The notes under the pieces: model-generated
The model's database searches: none
What the model was told of the DNA's origin: nothing
The model's input: only the letters and a program-made list of their open reading frames with translations
Part shown: piece by piece, positions 24,892 through 31,046 of the stretch
How the letters are laid out: the number at the start of each line of letters is the position of its first letter
How positions within the stretch are numbered: position 1 is the first letter of the stretch
Program-made: the position numbers and the translations under genes
Virus record (IMG/VR): IMGVR_UViG_3300032227_000542
Span: 1-31,046 of that record
Source of the DNA: a virus
Lineage: Duplodnaviria > Caudoviricetes
Length of the DNA: 31,046 bases
Strand: one strand, 5' to 3'

Positions 24892-27608
24892 TATAATACC
24901 TCCGAATATTCGAGCACGCTGCCCGAGCCTGCTCTAAAGTTTCCACCAATAGATGACCTGAATCGAATTATCCACGTGCCCGAGGCCGTTACCCTAAAAA
25001 TTCCGTCAGCCGTAGCGAGTCCACTACTTGCCACGACTACGTTTGTACCTGTATCGTAGGCCGTTTGATTACTGACGCCATTAGTAGTTGCGGCCGTTGT
25101 TATTGTAAAACGAGCGTTGTTAATTGATGTCGTTGGGCCATTGCTTGAGAAAATCGCCGTGCCTGATGTCATTGCGAAACGAATCGTTGCGCGCCACTTG
25201 TAAGTTTTGCCCGCCGTAACTGCAAAGGATAGCCCCGTAACGTCCTCGAATCCCGTCCCAACGGTTAGCACGTCAGCCGCTAAAACGACGCTAATATCCG
25301 TACCGACCGATAAGTCTGTTTTCAATTGGGCGAGTGTCAAAGCGCTAACCGTATTGTCGGCGTTTATTCTGAGGTAACGAACCGCGCTCGGGTCGGGTAA
25401 CGTGGCGAGGTTAGTACCTACCGTAGTTAATCCAATAGAATTTTGTTTACTGTTAAACGTGGTCCAATCCGCACTCGATAACGCGCCTCGATTTGCTGCC
25501 GAGGCCGTGGGTAAATTAAACGTATGAGTGGAACCCGCCGAGCTAATCCCGAAATCGGTTCCCGCCGTACCCGTGGCGAGGTTTTGCACCTGGGCCGTTA
25601 TTCCATTAATCGCGTTTATTCCTGTGCTGAGCGTCGTTATAACTTGCGATAAATGCGAGTCTTCAGTATGTAGTTTAATCGTCCGTCCTGAGGTTGTTAC
25701 GAACACGCGTAAAGCCAATCTATCGGTTAGCGCCATAACCGTAGCGGGTACCGCCAGCGCCGTAAAATAGGCGTCGATAATTGTCCCCTGAGTAATACCC
25801 TCAGGCGTTGCCACGTCGGTAGCCAATAGCGTAAACGTGGCGCCGTCGTATTTATATAATTCGACGTAGAATGAAGGCGAGCCGCCACCTGAGGACGCAC
25901 TAAAATAAAGTTCTAAATTGAAATTACCCCCAGGAATTAACAACACGTTGGGGTCGTTTGCATCCGTAATAAATTGAGCGATTAAGCCGTTGCCTTGGGC
26001 GTTAGTTCGCGTGAAATCCGTACCCGCTCCGAAGACGGCCGTTTTGCTCATTTGGTAGTAAGTCGACCCGCCAATAACGCCTTGGTTAATTGAGCCGTTT
26101 AAATAGTAACTAACGGACGAACCGCCTCCGCTAGTCGTTGGAAAATTGGCGAGCTGCCCATCGCCCCGAACGTATTGCGTAGCAAGCCCCGCCCCCGTTA
26201 CCGCCAGCGTTCCCGCTGTGGTCACAGGTGAGCCCGTAACCGTAAAGGCTGAAGGCATCGTGAGTGCTACGCTGGTCACTGTGCCGCTGCCCGCGCTTAC
26301 CGTTGTATATTCAACCGCGCCCGTCGTCGCATTGGCCAACGTTAAAACTTGCCCATTGGTAGCCGTTCCCGCGCTTACGGCTGGCGTTTGAATGTATAAA
26401 TTAGTTGTATCTGTTTTGAATTGTTGCGTAGTCGCTCCGATTGTTGTTAGGCGCGCATCAACCTCGGCTATTTTTATATAGCTTTGGGCTGGCGTTAATT
26501 TTCCAACGATAGCCTCAAATATTCCCGAAGAATTGGGAAGGATTGAAAATCGCTCATTGCTTTGAAAAGTCAACTCGAATCCTTGACCAAGTATATCACT
26601 GTCTTGCGTTAATTGATTATCCGTTATAATAACATCTTGAAAGCCTTGCGGACTTGGGATAGTTGGTTTGTTTAGAATTTCCGCCACGCCACTAACCGCG
26701 TTCCAATCACTGTTAACCTGAGCCGCGGGAATCGTCGGTTTATTCAATATTTGATAATCCCCACTCGTTGCGTCCCAATCGACGGGGCTTTGACGTAAAC
26801 GAAACCCAGGGCCCAAAAGCGTCCAATAAAGCGCGTTAGTTGGCAGTAAGGCGTCGTTTTGAGCAATGCACTGATAAACGTTACCGAGATACCAAACGCG
26901 ATCACCAATTAAGTAAGGGTTGCCCGTGGCCGCGATATGGTTAATGTTAAACTCGGTCGCTACGTCATCCCCGCCAGCACCCCCCGGGGCGTCAATCGTA
27001 ACCGTTCCGTTTCCGTTATCGGTTAGGGTTACGTTGGTCCCTTGCTGTAAGTTTAACAGACTTTGGAGCCCGTTATTTACGCCGTTCGTTTGTAACGTGA
27101 TTCCAACCGCCACGCCCTCGCCGCCCGAACCCGAGCCTCCTATCGTAAAATCGGCGGGTATATCGCACGCGCTCCAATCCCACGGAACGGACAGCGTTAA
27201 TTGAAGGTTTACACCTACGAGGGTATGACTAAACTCATTAATGAAAACCTCGATGTTAGCGCCCCCATCGAGTTCCACGTAAGGCCCAAAAACTATTTGC
27301 CCGTTTTGCACCTCAGCGAGTAAATCCTCCGCCAGCTTAATGCAGTCGCTTATGCATTCGCGTTGGTATTCGGTCGGCGTTTCCTTATCCCTCGGAAGGT
27401 CGGCAAAGATTATCACAAACGAATAAAGGCGCGTCCCCTGGCGCGGTTCCACCTCGACGGGTAGAACATGCATCCAAGGGAATTGGACGTCCTTCTCAAT
27501 ATCGATATTGGACAAATCGCCGTGACTAAATCCCTTAATTAGAAAATGGGCCTCGGCAAAGGCTCGAAACCTATCAATTAAAACGTTATAACTTATTTGC
27601 GGAATCAT
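24891..27608 (-). CDS. Putative tail terminator domain fused to a long fibre-like region
   Basis: About 150-aa N-terminal domain (FPWMHV...YSFVIIFAD...ACDIP), Gly linker, CBM5/12-like module, DW..SG...ILNKPTIP x2 and Thr/Gly-rich fibre motifs. Confidence 0.7.
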   Translation of the reverse strand: MIPQISYNVLIDRFRAFAEAHFLIKGFSHGDLSNIDIEKDVQFPWMHVLPVEVEPRQGTRLYSFVIIFADLPRDKETPTEYQRECISDCIKLAEDLLAEVQNGQIVFGPYVELDGGANIEVFINEFSHTLVGVNLQLTLSVPWDWSACDIPADFTIGGSGSGGEGVAVGITLQTNGVNNGLQSLLNLQQGTNVTLTDNGNGTVTIDAPGGAGGDDVATEFNINHIAATGNPYLIGDRVWYLGNVYQCIAQNDALLPTNALYWTLLGPGFRLRQSPVDWDATSGDYQILNKPTIPAAQVNSDWNAVSGVAEILNKPTIPSPQGFQDVIITDNQLTQDSDILGQGFELTFQSNERFSILPNSSGIFEAIVGKLTPAQSYIKIAEVDARLTTIGATTQQFKTDTTNLYIQTPAVSAGTATNGQVLTLANATTGAVEYTTVSAGSGTVTSVALTMPSAFTVTGSPVTTAGTLAVTGAGLATQYVRGDGQLANFPTTSGGGSSVSYYLNGSINQGVIGGSTYYQMSKTAVFGAGTDFTRTNAQGNGLIAQFITDANDPNVLLIPGGNFNLELYFSASSGGGSPSFYVELYKYDGATFTLLATDVATPEGITQGTIIDAYFTALAVPATVMALTDRLALRVFVTTSGRTIKLHTEDSHLSQVITTLSTGINAINGITAQVQNLATGTAGTDFGISSAGSTHTFNLPTASAANRGALSSADWTTFNSKQNSIGLTTVGTNLATLPDPSAVRYLRINADNTVSALTLAQLKTDLSVGTDISVVLAADVLTVGTGFEDVTGLSFAVTAGKTYKWRATIRFAMTSGTAIFSSNGPTTSINNARFTITTAATTNGVSNQTAYDTGTNVVVASSGLATADGIFRVTASGTWIIRFRSSIGGNFRAGSGSVLEYSEVL

Positions 27609-27875
27609 TTTCGAAAAGTTGTTTTCATTATTCTCGTTTGCTCGGAGCTAAAGTCCCTCATGTAGCTCAGGTGCGTAAAAATCGCCGTCGCTGGCGTGTC
27701 TAAAACCGTTTCATGTTTGGTTAAATCATTCCCCGAAATCGACTCGAGAATATGATACCAACCGTAGCGCGCTAATCCTGAGGGGGTATAATCGTCGTCA
27801 GTTCCCTCACTATCAGACGGTCCAAAGAGTCCAATGAATTGTTGACTAATTCGGCGCCGATACTCGAAAAAAAAA
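27605..27875 (-). CDS. -1 frameshift extension of the chaperone (long form about 252 aa)
   Basis: -1 frame is open from the T9 run to TGA 27605-27607 (FEYRRRISQQFIGLFG...RYGWYHILESISGNDLTK...FTHLSYMRD) and ends in an ATGA overlap with the next gene. Confidence 0.75.
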
Positions 27876-28362
27876 GCAAGCCCCCTTGTATGCGATCCAT
27901 CGTTAACGCGTTAATCGCATGCATGTATTTTTTGACGTTGGCCGAATCGTATTTAACGAGGTTGTAATAATCCCCAACTTGCTCGGAAACGGGGCGGTAA
28001 ATAATCGCCGCCAGCTGAGGGAGGTTCGTGTAATCCGTATCCCCGTTTGTTAGCCAAATCGATTTCGAAAGTTGATCCAAATCGACGTGTTCACGGAACG
28101 TCATGTTATTAATATCAGGAATAAACCCGAGCTTAATTCCGTCCACGGTTACGGTGGGCGTGTGGGTATCTTTCCCCGTCATGCAAGCCGTCGTAAATAA
28201 ATCGATTACCGTTTGCACCGTTTCAGCCTTTAACCCCTCGCAGTATTCGCGGCTTTTGTTAATGGCAATCATCGCACGCTCGGTATCGTCGGAAGCCGTC
28301 TCGAAATCTACGAACCGTTTGAGGGTTATTTGGTCGGCGCTTACAGGAATATAAAGTTTCAT
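27772..28362 (-). CDS. Putative tail assembly chaperone, short form (196 aa)
   Basis: GFIPDINNMTFREHVDLD and AIIYRP; contains T9 slippery site CTT TTT TTT TCG. Confidence 0.65.
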   Translation of the reverse strand: MKLYIPVSADQITLKRFVDFETASDDTERAMIAINKSREYCEGLKAETVQTVIDLFTTACMTGKDTHTPTVTVDGIKLGFIPDINNMTFREHVDLDQLSKSIWLTNGDTDYTNLPQLAAIIYRPVSEQVGDYYNLVKYDSANVKKYMHAINALTMDRIQGGLLFFSSIGAELVNNSLDSLDRLIVRELTTIIPPQD

Positions 28363-28715
28363 ATATTGGCGCTTATGGTTATAATGGGTTGGTTATCCGC
28401 CCCCGTGAGTTCCTGGCGCTCGATGTAACCCCGTTTCTTTCCTTTGGTTTTCATGTAAAAAATAATCGCGGCCGTATCGTTAGAATTAATGAGCCCGTGT
28501 AATTTACTCTCGGCGAAATCGAGAACCATATCCTCCACATTTTCCACCGCCATTTTATACTCGGGATCGTGCTTCATCCAATAGTAATGAATGTCGCGGC
28601 TCATTCCAACAACCGCGGCCGCCTTGGTCACGATGCCCAGGTTAGCCTCCAAAGCCTCAATAAAAGCCTTTTTTTTGATGTTGAATTGCGCTAAATCAGT
28701 ATCGTTTTTTTCCAT
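28359..28715 (-). CDS. terS: Terminase small subunit (HTH type)
   Basis: KKAFIEALEANLGIVTKAA...YYWMKHDPEY HTH and AIIFYMKTKGKKRGYIERQELTG. Confidence 0.8.
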   Translation of the reverse strand: MEKNDTDLAQFNIKKKAFIEALEANLGIVTKAAAVVGMSRDIHYYWMKHDPEYKMAVENVEDMVLDFAESKLHGLINSNDTAAIIFYMKTKGKKRGYIERQELTGADNQPIITISANI

Positions 28716-28776
28716 AGCTTAAAAATCAATTTTTCCCGTAAACATTGGTATTCCACCGACGGCCAAATCGCATTTT

Positions 28777-28929
28777 TTAATTTTCGTTTTGGGCCCTTTC
28801 GGCTTGGTATTGGCAAACCGCGTACCGCTGGGCCGCATCGGGGAACTCTTTTATTGCTTTACTGTCAGCCATGCACCGCCCAATAAATTCGTGGCGGTCC
28901 TCGTTAGGTTGTCGCGTTGGGAGTGGCAT
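28777..28929 (-). CDS. Small phage protein, 50 aa (MPLPTRQPNEDRHEFIGRCMAD...EFPDAAQRYAVC)
   Basis: Translated by hand; MP.P...FI.RCM...QR.AVC pattern recalled from other phages, not searched. Confidence 0.7.
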   Translation of the reverse strand: MPLPTRQPNEDRHEFIGRCMADSKAIKEFPDAAQRYAVCQYQAERAQNEN

Positions 28930-29025
28930 TTACTTTCTTTTTTTTTGTTTAGTGTTCCTTATGGAGAATAGTTCTATTAATTCCCCTTTGATTCGTGCCC
29001 ATAGGGCTTTTATTTTAGTCTTCAT
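28930..29025 (-). CDS. Small basic peptide, 31 aa (MKTKIKALWARIKGELIELFSIRNTKQKKRK)
   Basis: TAA directly abuts the next ATG; follows the candidate late promoter. Confidence 0.45.
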   Translation of the reverse strand: MKTKIKALWARIKGELIELFSIRNTKQKKRK

Positions 29026-29031
29026 AGCATA

Positions 29032-29040
29032 GTAACGGAA
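29032..29040 (-). promoter_or_regulatory. Candidate late promoter element TTCCGTTAC, copy 2
   Basis: Intergenic at the head of the terS/tail operon; identical to 16367-16375. Confidence 0.5.
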
Positions 29041-29069
29041 TATCCGTACACTTTTGCCCGAAAACGTCC

Positions 29070-29531
29070 CTAATCGTCTAATTCGCCCTCGCTTATTTCG
29101 TTTTTTAGCCAGCTAATAATATCCGAGCCTCGGCATGAAACGCAACCGACGCGGCTCCCCGTCATCAGGTAAACCCATTCTCCGAGCTCCTTAACTGTTT
29201 GGCCTGTGATTACGCCCTGAGTCGGTAGGCCCGAAATGAAGGTCCTTAAAAGTTCCGTTTCCTCATCCGACAGGCGATAGCGCCCCCATTTATTAATCGG
29301 GCATCGGTATAACGAATATTTCGTTTTACGCGGCATATAACAGCCACACAGGCGCGTTTTACGTCGGTAGTGGGTTATTTTGTTGTTTTCCTGCGCCTCG
29401 GCTAAATCCTCGGGGCTGAGCTTGTTTCCTATTATGAGGGTTCCGCAACTGTGGGTTAACGGTCGGAAGTGCTTACAGGCCGTGCACGTCGCTAAACGTT
29501 GGGCCCGAATTGCTGGGGGTACGGTGAACAT
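29070..29531 (-). CDS. Cys-rich putative metal-binding protein
   Basis: RLATCTAC, LCGCYM, CPINKW and CVSC. Confidence 0.7.
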   Translation of the reverse strand: MFTVPPAIRAQRLATCTACKHFRPLTHSCGTLIIGNKLSPEDLAEAQENNKITHYRRKTRLCGCYMPRKTKYSLYRCPINKWGRYRLSDEETELLRTFISGLPTQGVITGQTVKELGEWVYLMTGSRVGCVSCRGSDIISWLKNEISEGELDD

Positions 29532-30024
29532 TTTTCCTAATTCGTGTTAATGCGTTTTCGACTAATTTATAAAGGGTCTTAATGGGGATTCCTGTTTTGG
29601 CGCTGGCGTCCTTATAACTAAAATCGGGGAGGGCGTATAACCTCAAAACGACGGCGTCCATTTGGGGCATGAGTGAAATATAGGCGTCGACGTACTCGTT
29701 ATTTAACCGCGATCCAAGCCACGGGGCCAATGGCTCCTCGAGATGCTTAACGCTATTTTCGTCCCAATTCCTGAGGAACTTACTAAATTTCACATGATAA
29801 CGGCTCGAGCGGTCGATAGCCATTAAAAACAAAGCGCGGTTAACGTAAAATTCGAGGGTTCCTTCATTCGCCAGGCGCTCGGCCTTTTCGCGTTGGTTTT
29901 CGAGTATCTTTAAAAGGGTTTCCGATAACAGGTCGTCGCCGCGGTGGGGGTCGCTCATTAATCCCCTTGCATATCTGAGCCATTTGGGATATAATCGAGC
30001 CGTTTCGTTTTCCAAAGTTTTCAC
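29473..30024 (-). CDS. ECF-like RNA polymerase sigma-70 factor (regions 2 and 4)
   Basis: LYPKWLRYARGL...DDLLSETLLKIL (region 2) and VLRLY...FSYKDASAKTGIPIKTLYKLV (region 4 HTH); start uncertain (GTG 30024 chosen, track gives 30051). Confidence 0.85.
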   Translation of the reverse strand: MKTLENETARLYPKWLRYARGLMSDPHRGDDLLSETLLKILENQREKAERLANEGTLEFYVNRALFLMAIDRSSRYHVKFSKFLRNWDENSVKHLEEPLAPWLGSRLNNEYVDAYISLMPQMDAVVLRLYALPDFSYKDASAKTGIPIKTLYKLVENALTRIRKNVHRTPSNSGPTFSDVHGL

Positions 30025-30029
30025 CCCGT

Positions 30030-30060
30030 TTTGAATGTAGCAAAAAAACAACTATCTTTG
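30030..30060 (+). promoter_or_regulatory. Bacteroidota primary-sigma promoter, divergent from the sigma gene
   Basis: TTTG (30030-30033), 19-nt spacer, TATCTTTG (30053-30060); spacer nearly identical to that of the 1329 promoter. Confidence 0.8.
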
Positions 30061-30091
30061 CAAGTGTAAATATAAACTAAATTACAACACT

Positions 30092-30226
30092 ATGACGTTT
30101 AACGAAATATCGGGGTTATTCCTAACCCACCTTAGCGCGGCCGTTCTCGGCTTTGCGTTTGGGCACTATCGCGGATGGCTATCTGAGCACAAACACAATG
30201 AGCAAAAGGAGGCCGAAAATGAGTAA
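30092..30226 (+). CDS. Small membrane protein, 44 aa
   Basis: MTFNEISGLFLTHLSAAVLGFAFGHYRG...; first ATG after the promoter. Confidence 0.65.
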   Translation: MTFNEISGLFLTHLSAAVLGFAFGHYRGWLSEHKHNEQKEAENE

Positions 30227-30400
30227 CCAAACCGAAAACGAAAAACTCGCCCAGGCTTACCGATACGGTTGGCAAGCCGCGATGAAATGTTTACAGGGCG
30301 TTTATAAACAAGGGGTCGATCCATTAGCCGAAATAATAGTTTTAGAGCATTTTAAGCAAAAGGAAAAAAAGCGCAAACCAATAAAGGAGGCCGAAAATGA
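30205..30400 (+). repeat. 18-bp direct repeat AAAGGAGGCCGAAAATGA at two gene junctions
   Basis: Copies at 30205-30222 and 30383-30400. Confidence 0.85.
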
Positions 30401-30404
30401 CTGA
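30219..30404 (+). CDS. Hypothetical protein, 61 aa
   Basis: Start moved to ATG 30219, which overlaps the upstream stop region. Confidence 0.7.
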   Translation: MSNQTENEKLAQAYRYGWQAAMKCLQGVYKQGVDPLAEIIVLEHFKQKEKKRKPIKEAEND

Positions 30405-30513
30405 GCTAAAATATACCGCGTTAGCCTTTGCGATTTTTTACGGAATAGTGAGCGTCGTTGCGTTCGCCTTAGTGCTTAGATTTTTTTATAAAAACTTTAA
30501 AAAATGGCTATGA
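30397..30513 (+). CDS. Small membrane protein, 38 aa
   Basis: MTELKYTALAFAIFYGIVSVVAFALVLRFFYKNFKKWL; overlaps both neighbours. Confidence 0.65.
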   Translation: MTELKYTALAFAIFYGIVSVVAFALVLRFFYKNFKKWL

Positions 30514-30755
30514 ATAAAGAAACCGAAAACCAAACTCCGATTAACGAATGGGTTGAAAAAACCCGAAAAAAGTTAAATTCTAACCCCCTGAGCCTTTCGG
30601 CTATGGCTTATCGTGAATTCATAAACGAAAGCCCCGAGTTGATCGTAAAAGAGGCCCAATTAATTAGAGAAGCATATCTCGAGGGATACCGCGCCGCGTT
30701 TGCAGATTTAAAAAGCCATTATGAAGAGAAAGGAAATGAGCCTGTTACCGCGTGA
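30510..30755 (+). CDS. Hypothetical protein, 81 aa
   Basis: ATGA overlap; EAYLEGYRAA motif. Confidence 0.7.
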   Translation: MNKETENQTPINEWVEKTRKKLNSNPLSLSAMAYREFINESPELIVKEAQLIREAYLEGYRAAFADLKSHYEEKGNEPVTA

Positions 30756-30906
30756 TGAGCTCCGCCAATTACGTTGGCAGTTTTTAGCCACCATACCGAA
30801 AACCGAGCTCGAAAGCTGGCGCCTAAATATGAATATCAAACGCGTTAACGCTGAATTAGCCGTAAGGGCTCAAAAAATAGTAAAAAATGAATCCCGAGAA
30901 ACTTAA
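30736..30906 (+). CDS. Hypothetical protein, 56 aa
   Basis: Part of the overlapping small-gene array; start 30736 or 30721. Confidence 0.6.
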   Translation: MSLLPRDELRQLRWQFLATIPKTELESWRLNMNIKRVNAELAVRAQKIVKNESRET

Positions 30907-31046
30907 TATACTAATATCCGAAACGTTTGGCACCCGAAACGAGTTCGCCCTAAAAATGAAGGTTTCGCGTTGGACGGCCTACCGTTGGCTCGATAACCCC
31001 GAAAGGATGGATTTAAAAGCCCTTAAACGCCTCGCAAAGCTCACAG
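30887..31046 (+). CDS. Cro/C1-type HTH transcriptional regulator, 3'-truncated
   Basis: Translated by hand: MNPEKLNILISETFGTRNEFALKMKVSRWTAYRWLDNPERMDLKALKRLAKLT. Confidence 0.8.
   Translation, partial: MNPEKLNILISETFGTRNEFALKMKVSRWTAYRWLDNPERMDLKALKRLAKLT

Larger units (their letters stand above)
1..31046. mobile_element. Tailed dsDNA bacteriophage (Caudoviricetes, siphovirus-like), near-complete genome, probable Bacteroidota host
   Basis: Terminase, portal, protease, capsid, tail tube, tape measure, lysis, replication and recombination genes with no host housekeeping genes; Bacteroidota-type promoters at 1329 and 30030. Confidence 0.95.

Noticed and set aside
12091-28971. Many + strand ORFs in the track opposite the structural genes (for example 12914, 14922, 18600, 25528, 26920)
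   Set aside because: Antisense shadows of well-supported genes, with alternative starts and no recognisable motifs
30061-30068. TACACTTG on the - strand as the promoter of the sigma gene
   Set aside because: One mismatch to the -7 consensus and no properly spaced -33 box; too weak to call
1-31046. Integrase, CRISPR array, tRNA, reverse transcriptase/DGR, intron or intein
   Set aside because: No supporting motifs or repeat-spacer structure seen; terL and dnaB are of normal length. The unseen gap between the window ends cannot be assessed
1-31046. Stop-codon reassignment
   Set aside because: Genes tile densely under the standard code, and TAA, TAG and TGA all end genes at sensible junctions
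31000-31046. Terminal repeat or circular overlap with the window start
   Set aside because: No sequence identity between the two ends, so completeness is only inferred

Overview
The window looks like a nearly complete (about 31 kb) tailed dsDNA phage genome, probably a siphovirus. A Bacteroidota host is inferred from TTTG-N19/21-TAnnTTTG promoters and A-rich leaders without Shine-Dalgarno sequences. The + strand arm (30092 to the end, then 1-10019) carries small early ORFs, a truncated Cro-like HTH, a 5'-truncated large terminase, a Rad52-like annealing protein with a YqaJ exonuclease, an SNF2-like helicase with a DNA methyltransferase, a replication initiator, DnaB, NinG and an SSB-like protein. 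The - strand arm (about 30024 to 10016) carries an ECF-like sigma factor, small terminase, tail genes, tape measure, XkdF-like protease, scaffold, capsid, tail tube, portal, adaptor, holins and an M15 endolysin. I saw no integrase, CI-like repressor, tRNA or CRISPR array. The most notable observation is a possible RNA-level control circuit: nine early genes share an AACCC(T/C)-type leader motif, mostly about 20 nt before the ATG, and late 3' UTRs carry its reverse complement just ahead of terminators. Other highlights are two homologous terminator hairpins with compensatory changes, a pseudoknotted leader before the initiator gene, two likely -1 frameshifts (tail chaperone and portal), a tail-terminator/fibre fusion and near-total CCGG avoidance. 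All product calls come from motif recognition by eye; no database searches were run.
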